DNA of 32,420 bases from an uncultured Candidatus Saccharibacteria bacterium (GTDB taxonomy: Bacteria; Patescibacteriota; Minisyncoccia; Minisyncoccales; UBA5738), in contig CAZFZI010000002.1 in assembly GCA_964523275.1 (NCBI GenBank), positions 3,217 through 35,636 on the forward strand. The letters run 5' to 3'. Every line of letters starts with the position of its first letter. The first letter of the stretch is position 1. This document shows, piece by piece, positions 1 to 7,200 of this stretch. The notes beneath the pieces are model-generated. The model worked only from the letters and a program-made list of their open reading frames with translations, made no database searches and was not told the origin of the DNA. A program made the position numbers and the translations under genes.

Positions 1-1
1 C

Positions 2-73
2 AATTTTGCCAAGTTCGCGCTGGCATTTGCTCTATTGTGTTTCGTCGGCGCGGCGCTGGAGTTGGCAATGTAA
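2..73 (+). CDS. 3' end of an upstream CDS (partial; hydrophobic C-terminus NFAKFALAFALLCFVGAALELAM*)
   Basis: The frame is open from the window edge to TAA at 71-73. The tail is hydrophobic. Too short to identify. Confidence 0.3.
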   Translation, partial: NFAKFALAFALLCFVGAALELAM

Positions 74-91
74 AATAAAAGAGAGAAAGAA

Positions 92-619
92 CTAGTCTTC
101 CTCTCGGATGGGGGAGATGGTGGTAATCCCATCATCACTGCGGCGCCAGGCAGTCTTTCCCATGCATATCTTCTCTCTCATCTCGTAGCACTCTCCCTCT
201 ATATGCCATCGATCAACGATGTCATCTGCGAAGCACGATTCTTCGCAATCGTAGTCTTGCCAATCCCAGTCGATCCCGCGGACAACTACAATCTCATTGA
301 TTGTCCATCGCTCTTTTACTCCGTCCCAGTCCTCAAATGTATCAAAGACTGTGGCAGTATAGATATCGCCACATTCGAGTAATTTCCCATATCTTATGGG
401 GATTGCGCCGATACTGACAAAGTTACCACCCAGCTTGAGGCCGATACTATACTCGGCGATATCAACCGTCTTGTTCGTTTCGTTCGCGCGCAGGATTACT
501 TCAGTCGTTCCGAAATCGCTTTGGGGAGTTACCCCAATAATTTCGATCTCCGATGCAACCACGCTCATACTTCCCATGAAGAGAAGTAGAAGTCCTACCA
601 GGCAATATATAGGTTTCAT
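92..619 (-). CDS. secreted hypothetical protein (175 aa) with N-terminal signal peptide
   Basis: N-terminus MKPIYCLVGLLLLFMGSMSVVASE is a classic Sec signal. AGGAGG (plus 628-633) lies 8 nt upstream of the ATG. No recognisable catalytic motif. Confidence 0.7.
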   Translation of the reverse strand: MKPIYCLVGLLLLFMGSMSVVASEIEIIGVTPQSDFGTTEVILRANETNKTVDIAEYSIGLKLGGNFVSIGAIPIRYGKLLECGDIYTATVFDTFEDWDGVKERWTINEIVVVRGIDWDWQDYDCEESCFADDIVDRWHIEGECYEMREKICMGKTAWRRSDDGITTISPIREED

Positions 620-639
620 TTCAAAAACCTCCTATGTTC

Positions 640-668
640 ATTAAATCATAATTATTGAAATTTGTCAA
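640..668 (-). promoter_or_regulatory. candidate sigma70-like promoter for the 92-619 gene (TTGACA-17-TTTAAT on minus strand)
   Basis: Reverse complement of 663-668 is TTGACA. After a 17-nt spacer, the reverse complement of 640-645 is TTTAAT. Confidence 0.35.
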
Positions 669-1017
669 GGATAAGGGAGGTAACCCGCGTGCGCCGGGGA
701 TTAAAAAATAAGACCAAAATGCAAGTTTGACGAGGTCGCACCTTTCCAATTATTCCTCGCAAAGCCTCGGGATAATCGGCAAGGAACGACCTCCAAAATG
801 CAAATACCCGGCAAAGAAAAAGGTGTGATGCTCTTGACCCGGTAGTAGATTTTTGGCTTGCTAAAGCGATTTCTGATTTTTTCAAAATCAGGCCCAATTC
901 ACTACTGGGCTTGACTTAATTTTTAAGCTCAATTACTCTATATTAAGGTAGAAAAGGATTTGGATTATAAAGGTCGTCAGTTATTTTTGTTTTAAATTTT
1001 ATTAATTTTAAAAATAT

Positions 1018-1218
1018 ATGACAATGACAGGATATTGCGTTAAATGCAAAGCCAAAGATCGCGAAATGAAGGATGTTAAAATTGTTGATATGAAGGGCAA
1101 GGGCGATGTGGTGCGCAAGGCGGCCACCGGTGCGTGCGCGGTGTGCGGCACAAAGATGTATAAAATTCTTCCCGGTGATTTTGACGAGAAGGCATTCAAC
1201 GAAGAAAACGCAGAATAA
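1018..1218 (+). CDS. DUF5679-like small zinc-ribbon protein (66 aa)
   Basis: Two CxxC pairs are present (CVKC ... CAVC) in a 66-aa basic protein. The pattern matches the DUF5679 mini zinc ribbon from memory. Confidence 0.7.
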   Translation: MTMTGYCVKCKAKDREMKDVKIVDMKGKGDVVRKAATGACAVCGTKMYKILPGDFDEKAFNEENAE

Positions 1219-1242
1219 ATTCACTGTTTTTGAGAATTTTCG

Positions 1243-1270
1243 AAAGCGCGGGCATTAAGCCGGCGCTTTT
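1243..1270 (+). terminator. rho-independent terminator after the zinc-ribbon gene
   Basis: Stem aaagcgcggg (1243-1252) pairs with ccggcgcttt (1260-1269), with one internal mismatch and a 7-nt loop. The stem runs into TTTT. Confidence 0.5.
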
Positions 1271-1300
1271 GTGTTAAAATAATATCGGGTGAAATAAAAA

Positions 1301-1327
1301 GTGTGTCTAGGTTTCACCTAGACACAC
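1301..1327. other. perfect 11-bp inverted repeat (gtgtgtctagg / cctagacacac, 5-nt loop)
   Basis: Read directly from the sequence. It sits 10 nt upstream of the 1338 start codon. There is no T-run, so its function is unknown. Confidence 0.6.
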
Positions 1328-1337
1328 TTCCGCTTGT

Positions 1338-2234
1338 ATGAGGATGGAATTAAAGGAAACGAAAGATGATAAAAATCGGCGATGGTTTAGGTGGGCTGTT
1401 TTGGCGTTAATCTGCGCGAACTTTTTTGTTTGGCTGGCGGTTGCCGATGGCGCGGGTGATAAAATTGCCGAGGTTTGGTTTTTTGACGTGGGGCAGGGTG
1501 ACGCGGCGTTTGTCCAATTGCCCGGCGGGGAGCAGATTGTTATTGACGGGGGGCCGAATGCCGCGGTGCTGGAAAAACTGGGGGAGGCGATGCCGTTTTA
1601 TGATCGCGATATTGATTGGGTGGTTTTGTCACACACCGATCGGGATCATTTGGCGGGGTTGCTTTCGGTTTTGAAAAACTATCGTGTGGAAAATATTATT
1701 TGGTCGGGTGTGAGCGACGGCGATGCCGAGGACACTGAATGGGAACGGTTGATTGATGATGAAGGCGCGAATGTTAAAATCGCGGTCGCGGGCGAGAAAT
1801 TGGAATTGGGCGGCAATCCGTTAACGGTTTTGGAAATTTTGGCGCCCGATGAAAACGACAAGATGTCAAATAAAGACCAAAACGAGCTTTCTGTGATTGT
1901 GAAATTAACCTATGGGGAAAAGTCTTTTTTGTTTTGCGGCGATGCCAAAAGCAAGGAAAATGGATTTATTGGCACCGCGGCTTTGCCGCAAGCCGATGTT
2001 TTGAAGGTGTCGCATCACGGGAGCAAGTATTCCACCGAAGATGGTTTTTTGGCGCAGGTTTGCCCGTCCGCCGCGGCGATATCGTGCGGAAAAAACAATT
2101 CTTACGGCCATCCGCATCAAGAGGTCTTGGATTTATTGCAAAAATATGATATTACGACATTGAGAACCGACCAAGACGGAGATATTGTTTTTCAAACGGA
2201 CGGAGAACGCATTTTTGTGGGCACCCAAAAATAA
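1338..2234 (+). CDS. ComEC/Rec2-related metallo-beta-lactamase-fold hydrolase with N-terminal membrane anchor
   Basis: A TM segment (WFRWAVLALICANFFVWLAV) is followed by FFDVGQGDAAFV, VIDGG, LSHTDRDH and KVSHHGS. These motifs are typical of the ComEC C-terminal MBL domain. Confidence 0.75.
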   Translation: MRMELKETKDDKNRRWFRWAVLALICANFFVWLAVADGAGDKIAEVWFFDVGQGDAAFVQLPGGEQIVIDGGPNAAVLEKLGEAMPFYDRDIDWVVLSHTDRDHLAGLLSVLKNYRVENIIWSGVSDGDAEDTEWERLIDDEGANVKIAVAGEKLELGGNPLTVLEILAPDENDKMSNKDQNELSVIVKLTYGEKSFLFCGDAKSKENGFIGTAALPQADVLKVSHHGSKYSTEDGFLAQVCPSAAAISCGKNNSYGHPHQEVLDLLQKYDITTLRTDQDGDIVFQTDGERIFVGTQK

Positions 2235-2374
2235 TTCCCAAATCCTAATTTATAAATTCCAAACAAATCCAAATTTCAAAATGAAAAATTCAAAACGGAA
2301 TACGAATTTCATTTTGGATTTTGACATTCGGATTTTAGATTTGTTTAGGATTTGGCGCTTAGGATTTAGAATTT
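2235..2374. repeat. type A palindromic intergenic cassette (copy A1)
   Basis: A/C-rich left arm ...aaatcctaa...ccaaacaaatccaaat faces G/T-rich right arm gatttgtttaggattt...ttaggattt. Apex is aaaacggaatacgaattt. It fills the stop-to-start gap. Confidence 0.8.
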
Positions 2375-2383
2375 AATAAATTT

Positions 2384-3457
2384 ATGGATTTTGAAATATT
2401 TAAAACCAAGACAGAGGGCAAGGATCAAAAGTTCAACCTCACCGACCCCAAAGAGCGCAAGGATTATTTTTATTACAAAGCGGGGGAGGAGATTGAGAAA
2501 TTGAAAGATTATGTTAAAGAGCACACATTCATTGTCTATCTTTTGGGCAAAAAAAATTCCGGCAAAGGAACCTATTCCAAAATGTTGGCGGAATTGCTTG
2601 GCGCCGACACTTTGGATCATTTTTCCGTGGGTGATATGATTCGCGCGATTTCCAAAGAAATCAAAGATCCGGCCCGAAAAATAGAGTTGGAAATGTATTT
2701 GAAAAAGAATTACCGCGGGTGGGTTCCTCTGGAAAATTTGATCGCGGCGATTGAGGGGCGCGACACCAAAACGCTTTTGCCCACCGAGCTTATCCTGGCG
2801 CTGGTGAAGCGCGAGATTGCCAAAAGGCCGCGCAAAACCCTTTTTATTGATGGATTTCCCCGCGATATGGACCAAGTGTTCTATTCGCTGTTTTTCCGCG
2901 ACTTGATCGGTTTTCGTGAAGATGACGATGTGATGGCGTTTATTGATGTGCCCACCAATGTGATTGAAGAGCGGATAAAATACCGCCGGATTTGTCCCAT
3001 TTGCAACACCTCGCGCAATACCAAGCTTTTTCCGACCGCGCAAGTGGGTTATGACGAAAACACCGCTGAATTTTATTTGATTTGCGACAATCCGGATTGT
3101 TCGGGTTTTGGTCGTCAAAGAATGGGGCAAAAAGAAGGCGATGAGCTGGGGATTGAGCCGATTAAAGAACGATTAGATATTGATCAAAAATTGATGGAAA
3201 AAGCGATGGGATTGCACGGCATTCCCAAAATCTTTTTACGCAATTCAATTCCGGTTGATGTTGCCAAGGATTATGTTGATGATTATGAATTGACCATGGC
3301 CTATGATTATGAATGGGACGCGGCCGACAAAAAAGTTAATATCACCGAAAAGCCGTGGACGATTGCCGATGACAACGGCAAAGAATCGGTGAGCCTGCAG
3401 GCCCCGGCAGTGGCCGTGTCGCTGATCAAACAATTGGCCAAAGCACTGGGCATTTAA
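2384..3457 (+). CDS. atypical long adenylate-kinase-family (NMP kinase) paralog, 357 aa
   Basis: P-loop GKKNSGKGT, an IDGFPR motif and a four-Cys LID (CPIC ... CDNPDC) are present. Extra segments flank the kinase core: about 50 aa N-terminal and about 100 aa C-terminal. Confidence 0.65.
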   Translation: MDFEIFKTKTEGKDQKFNLTDPKERKDYFYYKAGEEIEKLKDYVKEHTFIVYLLGKKNSGKGTYSKMLAELLGADTLDHFSVGDMIRAISKEIKDPARKIELEMYLKKNYRGWVPLENLIAAIEGRDTKTLLPTELILALVKREIAKRPRKTLFIDGFPRDMDQVFYSLFFRDLIGFREDDDVMAFIDVPTNVIEERIKYRRICPICNTSRNTKLFPTAQVGYDENTAEFYLICDNPDCSGFGRQRMGQKEGDELGIEPIKERLDIDQKLMEKAMGLHGIPKIFLRNSIPVDVAKDYVDDYELTMAYDYEWDAADKKVNITEKPWTIADDNGKESVSLQAPAVAVSLIKQLAKALGI

Positions 3458-3486
3458 TCTTTAATCATAGAAGCATTAAAGCACTA

Positions 3487-3514
3487 GTCCCGCATTTGCG
3501 GGGCTTTTGTTTTA
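3487..3514 (+). terminator. rho-independent terminator after the adk-like gene
   Basis: Stem gtcccgc / gcggggc is 7 bp with one G:T pair and loop attt. It is followed by ttttgtttt. Confidence 0.65.
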
Positions 3515-3734
3515 TAACAATTTGACAGGGGGTATGAAGGGGTTATAATCAAAATAACCCTGTGGCCAAAGTTTTCCAACACACTTTTTAGGGGAACCGG
3601 ATATGGACCTTCGCTGTGGCGGCGGCCTACGGTACCCACTTACATTTTCGGATTACTTTTTCCCAGGGTTACCAAAAAATCCCGAGCTTATTGAGGGATT
3701 TTTTGGTAATGGTGAGCTTTGCCGAATTCATTAC

Positions 3735-3773
3735 CAAAAAAATGTCCTTCGACTTTGTTTAGGACATTTTTTG
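3735..3773 (-). terminator. bidirectional-looking terminator downstream of tRNA-Pro
   Basis: atgtcct (3742-3748) pairs with aggacat (3761-3767). An A-run lies on one side and a T-run on the other, so a hairpin plus U-tract forms on either strand. Confidence 0.5.
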
Positions 3774-3775
3774 TT

Positions 3776-3852
3776 CGGCGAATCAAAGATCGCCTTCGCT
3801 GAAGCTTCGGCGAATCAAAGATCGCCTTCGCTGAAGCTTCGGCGAATCAAAG
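3776..3852. repeat. 32-bp tandem direct repeat, about 2.4 copies (cggcgaatcaaagatcgccttcgctgaagctt)
   Basis: Units at 3776-3807 and 3808-3839 are identical. A 13-nt partial third unit (3840-3852) abuts the tRNA 3' end. Confidence 0.9.
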
Positions 3853-3923
3853 TCGGAACGCCGGGAATTGAACCCGGGTCTTACCCACCCCAAGGGCAAA
3901 TACTACCGTTATACTACGCTCCG
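3853..3923 (-). tRNA. tRNA-Pro (anticodon GGG), no encoded CCA
   Basis: Folded by hand on the reverse complement. Acceptor CGGAGCG/CGTTCCG has one G:T. The D stem is 4 bp and its loop contains GG. Anticodon stem TGCCC/GGGTA carries loop TTGGGGT, with GGG at plus 3889-3891 and G37. T arm is CCGGG-TTCAATT-CCCGG. C1-G72 is typical of bacterial tRNA-Pro. Confidence 0.85.
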
Positions 3924-3942
3924 CAATCTCGCCAAAGGCGGG

Positions 3943-4084
3943 AAAATTCTAATTTTCAAAATCCTAAATCCTAAACAAATTCAAAAATCAAAATCCAAAA
4001 TAAAATCCGTATTTCGTTTTGAGTTTTTAATTTTGAAATTTGGATTTGTTTGGAATTTGGCGCCTGGTGCTTGGAATTTGTTTA
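3943..4084. repeat. type A palindromic intergenic cassette (copy A2)
   Basis: Left arm is aaatcctaaatcctaaacaaattcaaaaatcaaaatcc. Right arm is ttttgaaatttggatttgtttggaattt. It lies between tRNA-Pro and rpmB, both on the minus strand. Confidence 0.8.
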
Positions 4085-4148
4085 TATTACACCACAATCC
4101 GCTTTTGCGGCGGATTGAAAGCAAACAGATATCGCCATTCCGAATGGT

Positions 4149-4349
4149 TTATTTGACGCGCGCCGGTTTGTGCAGGGTTTTGATGCACTTGGTGCAGGCT
4201 TTGATCTTTTGGCCGTCGGGCAAAGTGATTGATTGCAGGTTGGGTTGTTGTCTGCGCTTGGTTGTGGGGTTGAATTTGGTGGCACGCAGACGCACGCGCC
4301 TCCACACCACCATTCCTTTTTTGTCGCAGAGTTGGCAAACTTTAGACAT
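4149..4349 (-). CDS. rpmB: 50S ribosomal protein L28
   Basis: MSKVCQLCDKKGMVV...TKRRQQPNLQ matches the conserved L28 N-terminus and the KRR..PNLQ motif. Confidence 0.85.
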   Translation of the reverse strand: MSKVCQLCDKKGMVVWRRVRLRATKFNPTTKRRQQPNLQSITLPDGQKIKACTKCIKTLHKPARVK

Positions 4350-4351
4350 AG

Positions 4352-4407
4352 AATCATTTAATCATTTAATCGTTTAATCATATAATCATATAATTATATG
4401 ATCACCA
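4352..4407. repeat. 8-bp periodic micro-repeat (aatcattt x2, aatcgttt, aatcatat x2, aattatat, gatcacca)
   Basis: Read directly. It occupies the 55 nt immediately upstream of the rpmB start codon. On the minus strand it contains TATAAT/TATGAT-like hexamers. Confidence 0.8.
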
Positions 4408-4432
4408 AGACAAAATGATGAATATTTTAAAA

Positions 4433-4461
4433 TTGACAATAAAGCAATCATAGGATATTTT
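4433..4461 (+). promoter_or_regulatory. candidate sigma70-like promoter (TTGACA-17-TATTTT)
   Basis: TTGACA lies at 4433-4438 and TATTTT at 4456-4461. A transcript from here would carry cassette A3 as the 5' leader of the M50 protease gene. Confidence 0.4.
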
Positions 4462-4504
4462 TAGCCAATTGGCAAGAGCCAGCTTGAATGCTAAAATATA
4501 AAAG

Positions 4505-4650
4505 CCAAATTCTAAACTCTAAACCCTAAATCCCAAACAAATTCAAAAATCAAAATGTCAAAACCTAAAACAGAATTTTTATCCTGTTTTGAATTTGAAA
4601 ATTTGAATTTTGAGTTTGTTTAGAATTTAGAAATTGGGATTTAGGATTTT
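4505..4650. repeat. type A palindromic intergenic cassette (copy A3)
   Basis: Left arm is ccctaaatcccaaacaaattcaaaaatcaaaat. Right arm is ttttgagtttgtttagaatttagaaattgggatttaggatttt. It ends 9 nt before the ATG at 4660. Confidence 0.8.
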
Positions 4651-4659
4651 AAATTATTT

Positions 4660-5289
4660 ATGGAATTAACTTTTATCGTTTTCTCAATTATCGCGTTGAT
4701 TTTTTCGGTGGTGATTCACGAAGTGGCGCATGGCGCGGCCGCCGCGGCTCAAGGAGATCCCACGGCCAAATTTGCCGGCCGCCTCACGTTAAATCCCTTG
4801 AAGCATCTGGATTGGACCGGATCGGTGTTTCTGCCGCTGGTTTTGGTTGTTTTGCAATCGCCGATACTTTTTGGTTGGGCGAAGCCCGTGCCGGTTAATC
4901 CGCTTAATTTCCGCGACAAAAGATGGGGCGACGCCAAAGTGGCGGCGGCGGGTGCGGCGGCCAATTTCGCGCTGGCGCTGGTTTTTGGATTGATTCTGCG
5001 GTTTTGGCCGGAAATTTCCGATCCGATAAGCGCCAATTTTTATATGTTGGCGCAAACGGTGGTGATAATCAATTTGGTTTTGGGAATTTTTAATTTGATT
5101 CCCATTCCGCCCTTGGACGGGTCGCATGTTCTGTTCGCGTTCCTGCCGCCGTCGCAAACCGATTTCAAAATTTTTCTGCAACGCTACGGATTTATTTTTT
5201 TGCTGGTCCTGATTTGGTTTTTCTCGCCGATCATCTGGCCCATCGTGGCGTTTCTATATCAATTAATCACCGGCACATTCTTGATGTAG
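4660..5289 (+). CDS. site-2 protease family (peptidase M50) integral membrane zinc metalloprotease
   Basis: An HEVAH (HExxH) motif sits in the first TM helix. The protein is multi-TM and has the NLIPIPPLDGSH motif typical of M50/COG1994 proteins. Confidence 0.8.
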   Translation: MELTFIVFSIIALIFSVVIHEVAHGAAAAAQGDPTAKFAGRLTLNPLKHLDWTGSVFLPLVLVVLQSPILFGWAKPVPVNPLNFRDKRWGDAKVAAAGAAANFALALVFGLILRFWPEISDPISANFYMLAQTVVIINLVLGIFNLIPIPPLDGSHVLFAFLPPSQTDFKIFLQRYGFIFLLVLIWFFSPIIWPIVAFLYQLITGTFLM

Positions 5290-5449
5290 GATAAAAAAGT
5301 GAAGAACAATATCCCAAAGAGCGGCAATATCAAGGTAATTCAACATATGCGCGTAAATTTCCGGCAAAGTTGAGTCGCAAAACGCGCCGGTGTCAATTTC
5401 CCCGTTCCCGGGCGTTTTTTGTTCCATGGTCTGGAAAACACCGGAAGTT

Positions 5450-5479
5450 GGCAGGGGTCTTGCCTCTGCCGGTTTTTTT
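5450..5479 (+). terminator. rho-independent terminator
   Basis: ggcagggg (5450-5457) pairs with cctctgcc (5463-5470), 8 bp with one G:T and a 5-nt loop. It is followed by ggttttttt. Confidence 0.55.
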
Positions 5480-5487
5480 ATTGGTTT

Positions 5488-5516
5488 TTGACAAGTGCAA
5501 AAATTTTTATTATTGT
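5488..5516 (+). promoter_or_regulatory. candidate sigma70-like promoter (TTGACA-17-TATTGT)
   Basis: TTGACA lies at 5488-5493 and TATTGT at 5511-5516. It sits just upstream of the GGAGGTGG Shine-Dalgarno of the 5535 gene. Confidence 0.5.
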
Positions 5517-5534
5517 GCAGGCGGAGGTGGCGTT

Positions 5535-5840
5535 ATGCCGGTAGTCGAACATACCAAAGAAGAAATAGAGAAGATAGTTGATGGCGGCAGTGTTCTTGAT
5601 AACGGATTGATGTTAATGAATTTTGAGGCTGCCTACTGCAAGGATAATCCCGATAAAGTGATTCTTTGCGCCAGAAGTATTATGGCGAAGTATGATGGTT
5701 GTGGGGGAAGTGAAGAAATAGTAAGCTTGCTCATTCGAAAAGCAATGGAACACAATGATGCAGAAATGCTTTTACATGCGGCGAAGTTTATAACAGGAAA
5801 GTATCTGATGGTAGTTGATATAAAGTCAATCGCGGAGTAA
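5535..5840 (+). CDS. hypothetical protein (101 aa)
   Basis: The ATG at 5535 is preceded by GGAGGTGG. The ORF-track start at 5370 would read through the terminator and promoter. No recognisable motif. Confidence 0.55.
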   Translation: MPVVEHTKEEIEKIVDGGSVLDNGLMLMNFEAAYCKDNPDKVILCARSIMAKYDGCGGSEEIVSLLIRKAMEHNDAEMLLHAAKFITGKYLMVVDIKSIAE

Positions 5841-5851
5841 TTTGCTCAGGT

Positions 5852-5880
5852 TTGACTTTTATTTTTTTTTATGATAGAAA
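5852..5880 (+). promoter_or_regulatory. weak candidate promoter for the str/S10/spc cluster (TTGACT-17-TAGAAA)
   Basis: TTGACT lies at 5852-5857. The -10 at 5875-5880 matches only 4 of 6 positions. Confidence 0.25.
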
Positions 5881-5959
5881 TACTTTGTTTGGGGGCAAAA
5901 TGTTCCAAACGAATTTTGTTTTGCGTTTTTCATCAATTTATCAATTTATTCATTATTCT

Positions 5960-6370
5960 ATGGCAACGATTCATCAACTCATCAAGAACAAACGCACTAA
6001 TCGCGCCCACAAGACAAAATCGCCGGCGCTGTCTTTTGGTTTTAACGCGCTGAAGAACCGCCCGCGAAATTATGTTTCGCCGTTCAAACGGGGAATTTGC
6101 ACGAAAGTTTTCACTGCCACTCCCAAAAAACCCAATTCGGCATTGCGTAAAGTGGCGCGCGTTAAATTGACCAATGGCATGGAAGTGACTGCCTACATTC
6201 CCGGCGAAGGACACAAATTGCAAGAACATTCCATTGTGTTGATTCGCGGAGGAAGGGTGAAAGATCTGCCGGGCGTGCGCTATCACGTTGTGCGCGGCAA
6301 GCTGGATTGCGGCGGCGTGGAAAAGCGCAAACAGGAACGGTCAAAGTATGGCGCGAAGAAACCCAAATAA
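5960..6370 (+). CDS. rpsL: 30S ribosomal protein S12
   Basis: [12 protein letters not shown]... and [10 protein letters not shown] motifs are present. The start was moved to the ATG at 5960, which gives the conserved S12 N-terminus. Confidence 0.95.
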   Translation: MATIHQLIKNKRTNRAHKTKSPALSFGFNALKNRPRNYVSPFKRGICTKVFTATPKKPNSALRKVARVKLTNGMEVTAYIPGEGHKLQEHSIVLIRGGRVKDLPGVRYHVVRGKLDCGGVEKRKQERSKYGAKKPK

Positions 6371-6500
6371 AAATCAAAATCAAATTATAAATGATAAACA
6401 AAATCAAAATCAAATTTTAAAACGGAATTCGCAGTATTTGTTTTGATTTATAATTTGAGGTTTTGATTTTGTTTATAATTGAATTTTAGATTTTAAAATT
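6371..6500. repeat. type A' palindromic intergenic cassette (copy A4)
   Basis: Left arm is aaatcaaaatcaaattataaatgataaacaaaatcaaaatc. Right arm is ggttttgattttgtttataattgaattttagatttt. Apex is aaaacggaattcgcagtatt. It starts right after the rpsL TAA. Confidence 0.8.
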
Positions 6501-6506
6501 TTTAAA

Positions 6507-6974
6507 ATGCCTAGAGGAAAAATTACAAAAAAAGAGATTGCTCCGGACTTGGTATACAACAGCGTGGCGATTGCCCAGATCATCAATCACATCATGAAGC
6601 AGGGCAAGAAAAACGCGGCCAAAAAGATTGTCTATGGCGCGCTGGATATTATCAAAGAAAAAACCGGCAAAGAACCGCTGGAGGTTTTTGATTCGGCGAT
6701 GGAGAACGCTCGTCCGTTGTTGGAAGTTAAGTCCCAGCGGGTCGGCGGCGCTACCTATCAAGTGCCCAAGCCCGTGGCCAAAGAACGCGGGACGGCTCTG
6801 GCGGTGCGCTGGCTGTTGGAATCGGCGCGCAAAAAAAAGGGCCAACCGATGAAAGCCAAATTGGCCGAAGAATTAATCGGCGCGGCCAATAACACGGGGG
6901 TGGCCATCAAGAAAAAGGAGGACACTCATCGCATGGCCGAAGCCAACCGCGCTTTCGCGCATTTCCGCTTCTAA
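6507..6974 (+). CDS. rpsG: 30S ribosomal protein S7
   Basis: [11 protein letters not shown]... with S7-typical KQGKK and [15 protein letters not shown] motifs. Synteny follows rpsL. Confidence 0.95.
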   Translation: MPRGKITKKEIAPDLVYNSVAIAQIINHIMKQGKKNAAKKIVYGALDIIKEKTGKEPLEVFDSAMENARPLLEVKSQRVGGATYQVPKPVAKERGTALAVRWLLESARKKKGQPMKAKLAEELIGAANNTGVAIKKKEDTHRMAEANRAFAHFRF

Positions 6975-7035
6975 TTGTAATATTGGCGGGGTTGTAATAA
7001 CTTACGTCGTCTGTTTTGTGTTGAAATTAGCTTTT

Positions 7036-7196
7036 ATCAAATCCAATTTTATCAAATCCAAAACTCTAAACTCTAAATCCTAAACAAATCCAAAATTCAA
7101 ATATCAAAATTTAAAGCAGAATTACGTAGTGGTTTTGAATTTTAGATTTTGAACATTTGAGTTTGTTTAGTGCTTAGAATTTAGTGCTTAGAATTT
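7036..7196. repeat. type A palindromic intergenic cassette (copy A5)
   Basis: Left arm is aaactctaaactctaaatcctaaacaaatccaaaattcaaat. Right arm is ttttgaacatttgagtttgtttagtgcttagaatttagtgcttagaattt. It ends 4 nt before the fusA ATG. Confidence 0.8.
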
Positions 7197-7200
7197 ATTT

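Noticed and set aside
2185-2376. A 63-aa ORF (...SQILIYKFQTNPNFKMKNSK...) might be a small protein.
   Set aside because: It is a translation of cassette A1. Equivalent accidental frames appear in other cassettes with different phases.
2366-3130. A 254-aa minus-strand ORF.
   Set aside because: It is antisense to the adk-like gene, which has clear kinase motifs. The antisense product has no motifs, and its start lies inside cassette A1.
3776-3923. tRNA-Pro plus the adjacent direct repeats could mark the attachment site of an integrated element.
   Set aside because: There is no integrase, and the tRNA 3' end is not duplicated nearby. The repeat unit does not contain tRNA sequence, and the neighbouring genes (rpmB, adk-like) are housekeeping.
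3603-3974. A 123-aa plus-strand ORF.
   Set aside because: It runs across the terminator hairpin, the 32-bp tandem repeat and the antisense of tRNA-Pro. It has no start context and is low-complexity.
4082-4377. Alternative ORFs overlapping rpmB (169-aa plus strand; 91-aa and 83-aa minus strand).
   Set aside because: Only the 66-aa minus-strand frame gives the conserved L28 sequence. The others run into cassette A2 or the octamer tract.
5852-5959. The ORF track gives N-terminal extensions for rpsL (5852). It gives the same kind of extension at 5370, 16266, 17502, 20896, 21463, 23542, 25217 and 29142.
   Set aside because: The extensions read through repeat cassettes, terminator hairpins or promoters, or they rely on TTG starts. 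The internal ATGs reproduce the conserved N-termini (S12, S17, L5, L15, SecY, MAP, GalT) or a proper signal peptide (lipase).
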